A DNA stretch of 64,000 nt from Chiloscyllium plagiosum (lineage: Eukaryota), in assembly GCF_004010195.1 (NCBI RefSeq), contig NC_057720.1:17168603-17232602 (forward strand), written 5' to 3'. Under the pieces are notes generated by a model that had not been told where the DNA came from, searched no databases, and worked only from the letters and a program-made list of their open reading frames with translations. The translations under genes were made by a program, and so were the position numbers. Shown here in pieces: positions 1 to 11,935 of the stretch (position 1 is its first letter; every line of letters starts with the position of its first letter).

Positions 1-301
1 ATACTTCTGTATATTCATTTTAGTTTAATTTATACAAGTTTAAAAGAAAGTACTCTTTTATAAAGTAGCATTGGATCAATGTAATTGTCACTTACATTAC
101 ATTATTTTCCACCTACATTAGTTCTCTTTGCAAATGGTCAATTTAATAAATTTGCAAAGAGCATAAATTTACATTAGCTTAAGTATGACTCAAATTCAGG
201 TTTGTCAGATTTCCTGCTCTGCACGATCTTACTGATTTCAAGCTGTGGACTGACAGCTGAGTAAATACTTATTTCATAACTGCATTGTCACGACTAGTGC
301 A

Positions 302-427
302 AGGTGAAAGTGAGGACTGCAGATGCTGGAGATCAGAGTCAAGATTAGAGTGGTGCTGGAAAAGCACAGCAGGTCAGGCAGCATCCGAGGAGCAGCAAAA
401 TCAACGTTTCGGGCAAAAGGGCTTTAA
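302..427. mobile_element. short Penelope-derived element, family A (single arm, degraded hammerhead)
   Basis: gtgaggactgcagatgctggagatcag...gtggtgctggaaaagcacagc...cgtttcgggcaaaag. Flanked by direct repeat tca(c/t)gactagtgca at 288-301 and 428-441. Confidence 0.75.
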
Positions 428-1270
428 TCATGACTAGTGCATGCCCCATTCCAATTTTCAAAATGCATTTTACTTAATGTTACTGTCAGGGCCCCATGCA
501 TCTCAGAACAGCTAAAGACATTCTTTGATACAGAGTTATTAAACAATTCATTCTAATACCTTTTCTAGAAACAAAACTATTTGTTAACAACTATTCAAAA
601 TGAGCTCACCTATATTTAGTAAATAACCTATAATACAAAGGACAACATGAAATAGGAATACAGATAATTATAAAACCTGTACAAAGTATATATTGGGAAA
701 CTATTTAAGGATGATGGCTAATCTCTTCAAGTTTGGACATTGGATATCCAGGCTGTTAGCTGTGATAATAGATGTTTTTCTTGTATTGATTAAAAAAATG
801 GAAGCAAAGACTTTTCCTGCATCAAAAACTATAGTTCTTCCTGGCTCACACAAACTGTGTGGATATCGATGGTGAATAGATGTGTTGCCATCCACAAATG
901 GTTGGCGACAGCACGTACAAAAGTGACTTAATAAAGCAGACACTATTTTGAATTACAGACCTTATGAACCAGGGAGGTTTGATGACTATTTTGAACCCTG
1001 TACATCTCCAACTGAAAAACAGGTATGCTCCATGTCTAATCAAGTACTTACATATTTTAAATCATAGTAGTAGCATATAGGCTAATGAATTTTGGATGTG
1101 CACAAAATTAGGTTTTATTATAGATTAGCTCAATTGACATATGTAAAATAGGATGATATAATAATATGTCCACAGTTTGCAATCACTTTTTTTGTGCATA
1201 AGGGGAAGAATGGATTTCTTCCAGCTTTAATTTGAAATTCCTCTAGTACTAAGCCTTTACAATAAAATGT

Positions 1271-1412
1271 TAAAAATCACATAACACCTGATGAAGGAGC
1301 GACACTCCGAAAGCTAGTATGCTTCCAATTAAACCTGTTGGACTATAACATGGTGTTGTGAGATTTTTAACTTTGTACACCCCAGTCCAACGCCGGCATC
1401 TCCAAATCATGG
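1271..1412 (+). mobile_element. short Penelope-derived element, family C, with 5' inverted stub and hammerhead core
   Basis: TSD caataaaatgt at 1260-1270 and 1413-1423. The 5' ttaaaaatcacataacacc is the inverted copy of internal ggtgttgtgagatttttaa. Same family at 56866 and 60075. Confidence 0.75.
1284..1320 (+). ncRNA. minimal type I hammerhead ribozyme motif
   Basis: acac-CTGATGA(1288-1294)-a-GGAG cgaca CTCC-GAAA(1309-1312)-GCTA-gtat. Core intact, stem II present, palindromic AGCT helix III, CUA triplet, one mismatch in stem I. Confidence 0.6.
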
Positions 1413-1529
1413 CAATAAAATGTACAATGGAAAATTTTAACAGATAGCATTTTTTAAAAAGAATCTGCACACAGAATCTATTACAGAATTGCAGGAATGA
1501 AGCATTTGAGTAAATAGTAAAATTGGCAT

Positions 1530-1730
1530 TTAGCTTTAAAATCCGAATAGACTCTGCAGTGCAATACTGACAGAATGATGCACTGCTGAAAATCCTTTCT
1601 TTCAGACAAGAGGTTAAAGTGACGCCCCACCTGTGCACTCAAGCTGAAGTAAAAGATGTAATTGAACAATTCAACAAAAAAAAAAGGCAGGGAATTTTCC
1701 CAAGTGGTTTCTGCAATGTTTATCCTTGAA
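1530..1730 (+). mobile_element. ancient Deu-domain SINE (SacSINE1/AmnSINE1-like), degraded
   Basis: cagtgcaatactgacagaatgatgcactg...tctttcagacaagaggttaaa...gtaaaagat resembles the Deu-domain consensus (cagtgcagtactgagggagtgctgcactg...tctttcggatgagacgttaaa...gtaaaagatccc). Confidence 0.55.
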
Positions 1731-2327
1731 TTAATTACTTTTTCTGCATCTTATTTATTTCTTTGTACTTTTAGCTTGTTAATTTGAAAGTGAAAAAAGG
1801 GCATTCTAATTTTTATCTTGCTTGCTCATTTTTCTGGTTAAAATTAATTAATTGAAATTTTACTTCTACAAAAGGCACAATAAAACACAAAAGAATAGTA
1901 GCCACAAAAATTAGCTTTTATGCCTATATTTTCAACTTTAGGCATCAGTTTGGATGCAACATGCGTGTTGTAGTGATGGATAGCAATATTGTGGGAGTTA
2001 GTAGTATGCACTGCAAATACTCAGAGTAGGCAGGCTGGGATGTAAGTCAGTAAACAATGTTGGTTTGAGACCACCAATGCCATCTTTGACCTTGCTGCTC
2101 ATGCTATCACCCTCTCTTGAACATGTACAAGCGAAATATTCCTTCAGCAGTAGGAAGAACCCTCCACTGGTATTGAAAGGAATTATCAACTACTTTCTGA
2201 TTAGGTTTGGATCCATTTCTACTGATTTTTGCTCAGTTTGGAGAAGTGCTGAGAGTTTTCTATTCCTGTGTAAAGTTAGTGAAGTCTTCAGGAAGTGATG
2301 TGGAAAATGGTAAAGCCTTTGGTTTTT

Positions 2328-2616
2328 AGATTAGACTACTTAGTGTAGAAACAGGCCCTTCGCCCCAACAAGTCCACACCGACCCGCCGAAGCGTAACCC
2401 ACCCAGACCCATTCCCCTAACACTATGGGCAATTTAGCATGGCCAATTCACCTAACCTGCACATTTTTGGATTGTGGGAGGAAACCGGAGCACCCGGAGG
2501 AAACCCACACAAACACAGGGAGAATGTGCAAACTCCACACAGACAGTTGCCTGAGGCGGGAATTAAACCCGGATCTCTGGCGCTGTGAGGCAGCAGTGCT
2601 AACTACTGTGCCACCC
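2328..2616 (-). mobile_element. HE1-type V-SINE (tRNA-derived), young copy
   Basis: Reverse complement shows a tRNA head (gtggcacagtagttagcactgctgcctcacagcgcc), the V-domain (gtgtggagtttgcacattctcc...aggtgaattggccatgctaaattgccc) and a CR1-shared 3' tail. Confidence 0.9.
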
Positions 2617-3071
2617 ACATTTTTTTTCCCTATAGTGCTATTTTTGATATGTTTCCCCCAATCTCAATCACAAATCATTGGTCAGATCACATTTTAGAAA
2701 GGCTTTGGTTCTGACTTTATGGGTTCTGCTCAGATCGCTTGTTCTCAACCATAGGTGTTATAGCCCCCACTATAAAGGAGACTTAGCAGCAGAAAAGCTC
2801 ACACAGTGAGAAGAAAGGTTCTCAAAAGGATTCTTTATACACAGAGTCATTAGGTAAAAATTCACTTACCTCAGCCTCACTGAGGAACAGTGTGTGCAAC
2901 ATCTCCATTTTACAAAAAAGACGCTCATTAAAATGTTCAATGTAGCAGACCTCCAACTTCACAGCAAGAGGAACCCAGCCTGCCAGCAGCTCTCAAGGTG
3001 ACTACTGCTATGAGTTTGTTTTTGCATCAAAATCTTTCTGTATTGCAACAGATGGCAGCTACATTAACTCC

Positions 3072-4800
3072 TCCTGATATTTAATATATATATATCATAT
3101 TGTGATGTGATCTATAAAGGGATGTATGTTCTTTGTCCATAACTCCGGCATTCTTTCAGAAGCTTTAACTTTTGTGAGGATGAGCAAATTGTTTATGTAG
3201 TTTCATATCACCCTCTTATCAGCCAGAGTCCTACCTGCTGAGGTCAATGATGCTTGTTGGATTACTTGACAAGAAAGGCCTAGCTTCTTCAATGGAATTT
3301 AGTAATGTCAAGACCTTATGAACTACAAGTTTAGCAGTTTACCGTATAAAAATGCTTTATCATTCTCCATGCACAACTGCATTATGCATTTTTCCAAAGG
3401 CTCACTTAGTAATAATAGTGTGTCACTCTGGATGATACCAGTAAACATGAAACAATGCAGTCCAGCAAGTCCATAGGGAAGAACCACTCTCTTTAAAGAT
3501 GGAAATGGGTTACGATCCCGTAATTGAAAGCAGGTAGAGCTTTCATATTCCTTGACATTATTTCTGCCTGCTTTGTCCAGAGTTTCCGAATAACAGTTCG
3601 GCCAATCAATGCTACACACGGTAGAGGTACAATCACTATCTCGTGCAGCATCAATCAGCAACTAAGATGCTCATTTGCCAAGTTAAGCCTGTGTCCACTC
3701 AACATTTTCTTGCTGTTCATCCTCATTACATGCGCCCTCAGAATGTTGCATAGTGGCTTCAAATACTTTACTCCTTATTCTTGAACAATTCCTGACAGTG
3801 ACAGATTTAAACTGGGAACATGTATTTATTTTCTGTGGATTTCTGGGATCGTCGGTTATCACCCTAATCTTGCAGTTTCCCACATTCAGAAACCTCTTAA
3901 AAGTATGACCCCTCTCAAAATGTCTGGCAGCAATTCTACCCTAAGGATAAAGCCAAAGCCATACCTTGCTGATTCTTTGCCTGTGACTACAGCCTTTTTG
4001 ACTTTCAAAGTCAGTAATTATCAAGTCTTTCATTCTTTGTATCATGGCAGAACTCCCAACTTGTACTTAAAAAGGTAACAGAAATGTATTGGTTCCCTAA
4101 AAATGTTATACCACAGCAGCAGCTACTTGTCCAAAAAGGGAATCATGATGCAAATTCAACAGTTATAAAACTAAAAGTTTCCACACATGAAATCTGTGTG
4201 CAATCTAATAGTTTAATTGCCAATAGAAACTTTGGATTTTCTTGAGTGAATTTCATCAGTCTTTTATACAACCTTTCAAACTCAAGTTACATTCTTCCAT
4301 GGACTCAGTGTCAATATTTGATAAATTTAAAAAGATGAGTCATGACTTGTTGACTTCCAACAAGTCAGCCCATTTGTAAATTTTGTCCATAAATTGTATC
4401 AATCCATTCTGTATCAGATCAGTTACATTCAATTCCAAAAATGTTTTATTCCTAATTTTAGTCCTTTCTGGTAAGGATAAAACTAAAATTATATCTTGCT
4501 TCTTCTTGACTGGATAAATGACCCAAGTCCACATCTCCTCTTTATTCTTTCATTGCTTATGTGGCTCCAATTCTGAAAACACCAGAATTCATGATTCTGC
4601 TTCTGTCAGAAAAAAGGGTTATCTTCTCCTTTATCTTCCCACCTGCTACCATATTTTTACAAACTAATATCTATGGGCTGAATTAGGCAACAAGATACTT
4701 TCAGAGATCTATAAGTGTGAAATTGCCAATCTATAGTTTAGCTTGTCAGTTTACATCTTGCACTTCTGGACCCTTGCTCTGTGCAGGAGCCAAACTCTCC
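3072..4800 (-). mobile_element. decayed Ty1/copia LTR retrotransposon (GalEa-like): LTR remnant, PBS, gag, protease, N-terminal integrase
   Basis: PBS TGGTAGCAG at 4643-4651 (minus), complementary to the tRNA-iMet 3' end. Gag-like EMWTWV...KKKQDI.L.LSLPE..KIRNK.F.EL. Protease-like DSDCTSTVCSIDW..CY and SLKRVVLP...LLLS. Then KLHKQFAHP and a decayed CDIC (tat gat ata tat). Many stops and frameshifts; order is PR then IN. Confidence 0.75.
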
Positions 4801-5418
4801 TACTGGTGAAGAGCCCAGCATCATTTTTTAAAATATAAAATAAAGCTACTCATCCAATTCACAAGTTATCCAGATAATCTCGCCCACCAGGGCCAGTGTG
4901 ACATAACAGAAATCAAAGGGGAGGAAATAAGGGGTAGGGGTGGGTAACTTAATCAAAATGGTGTTGGTGAGGAGGGAGCATTGTGCACCCATGCCCCTAT
5001 AATGGCCACCTGTCTCCAAATGCTTCAAGGGTACCAGTGGAAGAACCCAGACTTTTTTTTTAAACCCACTACTAAATCATGTAATTGGACCACTAAACAA
5101 GTAACAACTAACAACCACCACATTGCATTAAAAAAAAGTGAGGAAAACAAGGGAGGGGTTAAATCAAAATGATGCTGAAGGGGGAGATAATACACTCCAC
5201 CCCCAGTATTCTCTCTCTAAGTGCCTCAAGGGAATACAAAGTTCAATGAACATTACCTGCTCTTGATCAACTCAGTTGTTCTGATCAACCTTTAGGGCTC
5301 TTAGGGTGCCGTGGAAATGTTTCTACCTCTGAATTGGGGAGCCCAAGTACATTTTCCAGAGGTGCGTAATAACATCTTTGAATAGGTTGATTAGGAAAAT
5401 CTTTCTGGTTGATACTTA

Positions 5419-5539
5419 GGGCTCTTGTGGTGCAGTGGTAGTGTCCATACCTCTAAGTCAGAAGGCCTAGGTTCAAGTCTCACCTGCTTTAGAGGTGTCT
5501 CATAACATCTCTGGGTTAGTGGTTGAGGTAAAAAAAAAA
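5419..5539 (+). mobile_element. short tRNA-derived SINE with poly(A) tail and TSD; an older copy is adjacent at about 5295-5400
   Basis: A box tggtgcagtgg, B box ggttcaagtct, A-tail. TSD ttctggttga(ta/cc)ctta at 5403-5418 and 5540-5555. Further copies near 10346-10400 (-), 31010-31100 and 63296-63380. Confidence 0.7.
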
Positions 5540-5824
5540 TTCTGGTTGACCCTTACAAGTATCTGCATTTCTAATAACAGCACATATGTTTTCCTGCAGT
5601 TGATGCTAGGTCAGATGTTAATTTTAAATCTGAGATACATAACATCTTTGCGTAACAAAAAAAATTAAGGGATATTGTCCAGATCAGCCACGATTTGACT
5701 GAGTGATGGAACAGGCTGGAGGGCCTTCATGGCTTATTCCTGTTCCCATGTTCCATAATATTGTGAGGTTCCTTTAGCAATACGGTTTGAGGGATTAACG
5801 TTGACCCGAATACCAGTGACGACT

Positions 5825-5960
5825 CCCCTGCCACCTGAGTGTGCAAATGGGGCTACGGTTAAATAGCTCATCTGAAAGACAGCATCTCCAACAGTGGAAC
5901 ACTGTTTCAGTAGTGCACTAGAGTTTCGGGCCTGGTGTTTTTGCACAAGTCTCTGGGGAC
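5825..5960 (-). mobile_element. Deu-domain SINE fragment
   Basis: ctcatctgaaagacagcatctccaacagtg...cagtagtgcact is the reverse complement of the Deu core. Related fragments near 39045-39370 (+) and 55860-56090 (-). Confidence 0.55.
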
Positions 5961-6635
5961 ATTTACATGATGTCATTAAAATGCAATTTCTATGATTCTA
6001 TGAAGAAACAAATAGGTAGCTCTTCAAATTTACAGTTAGGGTGCAAGGACAATCTCTTATTGATTTCAGTATCAAAAAAGCTCTTAAGTGTGTTAATACT
6101 GCAATAAGATGTTCCAAAAGCAGCTCTATAATAGCTCCACATTTTGAAGAGTCTGATAATTATACTGACATACATGAAATAAATTAAGCATAAGAAACAA
6201 TGTGAGTTTATTCCACAATTATTGCCTTTACATGTGGTAAATTTTCCCTTTCATCTTCAGCCAGTTTCACATTTTAATAAAGTGAGTCAATCTATCTTTA
6301 ATCTTAGTACAGAGAGTTAAGACACATAGGACTAATGATTTTTCAATATTTGAATATTTGCAATATTTTTCTAATGCTTGCACTGAATCAAATCTTAAGC
6401 AGTATTTAAATGTGTGGTATTAAAACAGCAGAAAGGAAAATATATCCAACAGTCGTAAATGCAGCAATACTAAAATGCAGCGTTCACATCATATTATTCA
6501 GGAAGTTATGAGTTTGATACTTCTGAAGTAAATTATTGATGCATCAATTTATCAATTAATTTATCTTCAGCGTCTGTGATGGATCACTAATGAAAATGCG
6601 GATGCAAAATATCACCCAATGGTCTATGTAACAAA

Positions 6636-7948
6636 ATGGCAGTGCCAGAGGATTGGAAGATAGCTAATATGATACCATTAATCAAGAAGGGTGGCAGGGA
6701 TAAACCAGGGAATTATGGCCAGTGAATCCAACACCAGTAGTCATAACACTTCTGGAAAAACTCTGAGGAATTTATTTCCACTTGGAGAGACAAAGATTAA
6801 TTGGGTCTGGTCAGCATGGTTTTATCAGAGGGAATGAAATGTTCAAATCATGTAATCGATTGAGTTGTTTAGGGAGTTAACTAGGTGCATGGATGAAGGT
6901 AGTGAGTTAATGCGGTGTACGTGGACTTCAGCAAGGCTTTTTATAAGTGTCATATGGACACTGGTCAAGAGGTTAAAAGCCCATGGGATCCACGTTAATT
7001 GGTTCTATAACTGGCTCAATGGTAGGTGCAAAAGATGCTGGTTGAAAGTTAATTTTGTGACTGGAAGCCCACATCTAGTGGTTTATTGCAGAGATTGGTA
7101 CTGTTTGTAATATGCTTTGTGATCTAGATATGAATATTGGATGTTTTTGTAAGTTCACAAATGACACCAAAATTAGAGGTATGATAAATAATGAGGGGGA
7201 ATGTTTAGACTGCAGGATGACAATAGACTGGTCAGATGGACAGAACCGTGGCACATGACGTTTAATCCTGAAAAAAGTACGGAGTGAAGTATTTTGGGGC
7301 CACCTACAAGGCAATGCATCGAGGATAGGAGTTGGGAGGTCATGTTGTGGCTGTACAGGACATTGGTTAGGCGACTTTTGAAATATTGTGTGCAATTCTG
7401 GTCTCCCTCCTATTGGAAGGATGTTGTGAAACTTGAAAGGGTTCAGAAAAGATTTACAAGGCTGTTGCCAGGGTTGGAGGATTTGAGCTATAGGGAGAGG
7501 TTGAACAGGCTGGGGCTGTTTTCCCAGGAGCATCGGAGCTGAGGGGTGATCTTACAGAGGTTTATAAAATCATGAGGGGCATAGATGGGGTAAATAGACA
7601 AGGCCTTTTCCCTGGGATGGGGAAATCCAGAACTAGAGGGCATTGGTTAGGGCGAGAGGGGAAAAATTTTAAAATAGGACCTAAGGGGCAACTTTTTCCA
7701 CACAGTGTGTATGGAATGGGCTGCCAGTGGATTGTGGGTATCTGGAACTCTCTGTCTGAAAAGGGTGAAACAGGCAGCAACCATTTCAACAGTGAAGTAT
7801 TTAGATGAACAGTTTAAATGTTATAGCATACAAGGCTATGAACCAAGGACTGGGAAATGGGAGTGGAGTAGATAGATACTCAATGGCTGGCACAGAGCCA
7901 GTGGGTTGGAAGGCCTCTTTTAATACTGTAGTACTCTGTAACTATGAA
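6636..7948 (+). mobile_element. CR1/HER1-type LINE ORF2 relic (RT to 3' end), apparently composite of an old and a younger copy
   Basis: ORF 7294-7542 gives LYRTLVRRLLKYCVQFWSP..KDVVKLERVQKRFTRLLPGL..LSYRERL, a typical CR1 C-terminus. Upstream are degenerate RT motifs. Confidence 0.9.
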
Positions 7949-8477
7949 ATCCTCCAAAATCTGAAGGTACTCTTGACCTGTGATTAAAAACTAGTCAAAA
8001 AAAGGATGAAAACATGCTTCAACAAGACTGGAAAAATGTGGTGAACTTAAAAAAAAAAGGAACAGCATTATATGCCCTTGAGTGCAAGAATCAATAAGCA
8101 GTATGATTATTTTTTGAAGATTTCATGCAACTACAGAGCTCAACAGCCAACAGCCGAGGAAATTAACCGCTTATGACCAACAGAAAAATGCATTTTCTGT
8201 ATCTCTTTTCTCATATTACACTCTTCAGTGCCCTAACCTGTTTTTGCTAAGTCATGGAAGATCAAGCTTTTGCAAAGAATTAACTTCTTTTATAATAATC
8301 TGTAATCATCAACCTACAAGTAACAAACATTACATTGTTTCAAGTAACGCATGTTAGGAAGGAGAAACAAACTGTGACAGATTAACATTTTTCAGAAGTT
8401 TTTCTTTTGGAATTTCACTTCATTACAGTAATTTAACATTTCTCAAAGTTGTCTGTTAGTTTTCCTTTAAATTAATA

Positions 8478-8808
8478 TGTGGGATGTGGATGTCGCTGGC
8501 TCAGTCAGCATTTATCACCCATTCCTAGTTGCCCTTGAGAAGGTGGTGGTGAGCTTTTCTTGGACTGCTGCAGCCCACCTGCAGTGGGTTGACTCAAGAT
8601 GCCATTAGGGAGGGAATTCCAGGATTTTTATCCAGCAACAGTGAAGGAACGCTAATATATTTCCAGGTCAGAATGGTGAGTGGCTTGGAGGGGAACTTGA
8701 AGGTGGTGGTGTTCCCATGTATCTGCTGCCTTTGTCTTTCTAGATGGAAGTGGTTGTGGGTTTGAAATGTGCTATCAGTGGATCTTTGATGAATTTCTGC
8801 AGTGCATT
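8478..8808 (-). mobile_element. 3' end of a second CR1-like non-LTR family
   Basis: gtgggatgtggatgtcgctggc...gcccttgagaaggtggtggtgagc is the reverse complement of the 3' tails seen at 13140-13205 and 13590-13655. Confidence 0.7.
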
Positions 8809-8937
8809 TTAATTTAAGTTAATTCACCACGATCAATAACTCTTCACCAGGTAATCCAATGCTAAACCCAGTTTTAGTTTGATTTCAGTAAAGAAGAATT
8901 AATTCACTGAAACGAATGTTTATGCTCAAATACTTAC

Positions 8938-9085
8938 AATCACTTCCAGCTTTCCATTAACTTCATGTGTGTTGATTACCCAATTGACTGCTTTCCCACA
9001 TTTGAGGATCAGCAATATGTTTCTAGAAATCATGGTGTCTGCATGCACAGGTCGTATGTCAATAACAATGTCCACCTTGAAAATT
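8938..9085 (-). CDS. TGFBR3: betaglycan coding exon, equivalent to human exon 7
   Basis: 148 bp, acceptor gctcttctgttgcag|A, donor ATT|gtaagt, phase 2/0. Translates IFKVDIVIDIRPVHADTMISRNILLILKCGKAVNWVINTHEVNGKLEVI, matching F.VDI.IDIRP...LILKC.K.VNWVI. Not in the ORF track. Confidence 0.95.
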
Positions 9086-10509
9086 CTGCAACAGAAGAGC
9101 ATAAAAAAAGTTAAGTGAATGTGCCAGAAATCTTACTTATCCTGAACTTTTACCAACTGAATGCGTCTCTAGTGTCTGGCCAGTTGATTATAAAATTGGA
9201 TTTAATCCCAGACAATAGAACATGTGCAAAACAGCCTTCAATATGCATTAGAAAATTATTCACAATAACATTCTCTCAAAATAATTCTACATACTTTTTC
9301 CAGTAGTAGTTGATGGGTCAGATTTTGCAAAGAGCGCAATTTGACCATAAACCAATTTATCTTAACTAAATGTTTAACTTGCCCATAAAAAGAATATCTT
9401 TCGCATTTTGATCTGGCTGAATATCAACTAGTTCAAAGTTTTTCTTTTAAGAAACTGCATAACTCTACTACTTCCACTTACCCTCTGGTCCTTGCATCAA
9501 GTATGACACAGATCAGTCAACCTGATCCTAAGTCTCTGCTACTATTACCAATGGGAACAAGAATGACTCCTGCTGATCTTGTGGTCTTTGCTTGGCACAC
9601 ATTAGAAGTACCCTGGCAACATTATTAATTGGGTCACAGCTGATGACCAAATGGAGTTTTGAAATAGGAATTTTAGACCACATGTAAACAAAAAAGGATA
9701 ATCTAAGCGTTGTGTTCTAATATTCTGCTTTTACAGCTGGGTTAAAATGTGGGAGGCTGAAAAGAAGTGGGAATTCACAAGAGACATTTTTAATGGCAGT
9801 TGCATATGTGATATAATAAAGTTAGCTTGTTAAGTTGTGTGCCAACTGAGACTTTGGCAATGTATACACAACAATGATGCAATGCTTTTAAGTATTATCT
9901 TGACTTTTTTTATTGAGAGGTGCTTGCCAGGTGATCTGGAAACTAACTAATTCTTAATTATAGAAATTTGATTTTGTAATCGTAAGGTGTAGTGATTATA
10001 ATGAGGTCAGCCAGGTGGACCTCAGAATGAGTTCAGAAGGGACAGTTAATTGTTGGGGCCAGAAAATTTATTGGTATTGATTTTCTCCAGGAGATTGAGA
10101 AACAAAGTAGCAAAAGATCAAAGGAGCATTTCCATGGAAACTATAATGGAAGAGAAATACACCTCAATTGTGCACATAAATTAGAGGGCTTGCAGGGACA
10201 GAATATGGACTGGAAAGTATAATTATCGCAATTACTGACTGAATTGTTCAGGTTAAAACAGCAATTCAATCTATACCATTAAATGATTACAAGTAGAAGC
10301 TTTTACAATCACTTTGAATCAATCTGTTCAGACATACTATAATACACCTCTGGGGCAGTTCAGACTTGAATCCAGCCCTTCTGGCCCAGAGGTAGGAACA
10401 ATTTTAAGTAAATGGTACGGAAATCTTTCTGTAATGGTGATAAGCTGTCAGAAAATGTAAATTTGATACTTAATGCTTGAGACATTGTGACAAGGGACAT
10501 TTATTAGTG

Positions 10510-10940
10510 CAAATTTTTGTGTCATAGTTCGGATGGCAATACATCATCATAGAGTATATAAGGAGGGAAGTATAGCTGCAACTATACAAGGCATTAGAGA
10601 TACTACATCTGGAGTACTTACTTGAGGAGGGATGTGGTTGCATTGTAAGTACTTCATAGGTGGTTCGCTATATTGATTCCAGAGATGAGGGGTTTGTCTT
10701 ATGAACAGAAATTGAACAGTTTAGGCCTGTACTCTGGAGTTTCAAAGATACACAATGTTTAAAAAAGTACATGGGATATTAAGTAAATTTAGGGAGAGAT
10801 GCACAGATTTTTAACTAGTCATTGGTTGATGGGTTATGGAGACTGAGCAGGAAATGGGTTTCAGGCCAAGATGAGATCAGTCATGATTGTATTAAATGAC
10901 CTGAAGGGCTGAATGATCTACTCCTGCTCCTAATTCTTAT
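10510..10940 (+). mobile_element. CR1 LINE 3' fragment
   Basis: Degenerate LYKALxRxHLEY...gattccagagatgaggggtttgtcttatga and 3' tail gaagggctgaatgatctactcctgctccta. Confidence 0.75.
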
Positions 10941-11064
10941 AAGCTGGACATTGCAGTTTGACAACCACTTTCAAGAAGCCTGCAGTTTAACATATGGTGG
11001 CTTGTGATATAATGGTCATCAGGGGCCATCTAGAAGAATGTTTATGACACAAAGATTGGGAGAA

Positions 11065-11935
11065 CTGCGGGTAGTGAGGAGGATTACCAAAGGATACAGT
11101 AGGATATGGACAGACTGGACACTTGGGCGCAGAAAAGGCAGATGGAGTTTAATCCAGACAAATGCATATTGCAAGATCTAACGCAGGAGGTAAAGACACA
11201 GTAAATGGCAGAACCATTAGCAGTATTAACATACAAAGGTGTACAGGTCCACAGTTCGCTGAAAGTGGCAACAATAATGGATTATGTGGTCACGAAGGCA
11301 TAATGCATGCTTGTTTTCATCGGTCAGGGGATAAAGTATAAAAATTGGCAAGTCACGTCATAGCTGTATAGAACTCTAGTTAGGGCACACTTGGAGTATT
11401 GTGTACAGTTCTGGTTGTCCCGCTACAAGAAGGATGTGGAGGCTTTGGAGAAGGTACAGAAATAGTTTACCAGCATGTCGTCTGATTTGGAGGGTATTAG
11501 CTATGAGGAGAGATTGGACAGACTTGATTTGTTTTCACATGAACATCGGAGGAAGAAGGGCAACCTGATGGAAGTGTATAAAATTATGAGAGGCAATGGA
11601 TAGAATGGATAGTCGGTATCTTTTTCCCAGGGTAGAAATGTCAAATACTAGGGGATATAGATTTATAGTAAAAGAGGGTAAGTTTAAAGGAGATGAGAGA
11701 AGGAATTTTTTTTTAAATAGTCTGCTTGGAATGCACTGCCATAGGATGTGGTGGCGACAGATACAATAGCAACATTTAAGAGGCAGCTTGACAGATCTAT
11801 GAATAGACAGGGAACAGAGGGATATGAACCACGTAGAGGTAAAATATTTTTATTTTAGAAAGGCTTCATGCATCAATGCAGTCTTGGTGGGCTAAAGGGT
11901 CTGTTCCTGTTCTGTACTGTTCATTGTTCCATGTT
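11065..11935 (+). mobile_element. CR1 LINE 3' fragment
   Basis: gcagatggagtttaatccaga...cacttggagtattgtgtacagttctgg (HLEYCVQFW) and 3' tail gggtctgttcctgttctgtactgttc. Confidence 0.85.

Noticed and set aside
798..1022. Selenoprotein reading of the two in-frame TGA codons
   Set aside because: No redox-motif context and no SECIS identified; CpG decay or chance is more parsimonious.
2425..2697. Recurrent short ORFs such as MGNLAWPIHLT...CGRKPEHPEET (also 25295, 32018, 46425, 50814)
   Set aside because: These are translations of HE1 SINE copies, not a protein family.
2870..2992. Strong minus-strand donor (GAG|gtaagt at 2869) with a 41-codon open frame
   Set aside because: The peptide (ELLAGWVPLAVKLEVCYIEHF...) does not resemble betaglycan and has no convincing acceptor.
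2620..3070. 3' LTR or RT of the copia relic
   Set aside because: No visible similarity to the 4652-4800 LTR remnant and no RT motifs.
1..8937. TGFBR3 exon 8 (expected ...WA...GY.P.TSYT..PVAN.F.L)
   Set aside because: No matching exon found. The AVANHL near 895-915 (minus) and KWAD near 4370 lack the surrounding motif and splice context, and the latter belongs to the copia gag. The exon presumably lies before the window start.
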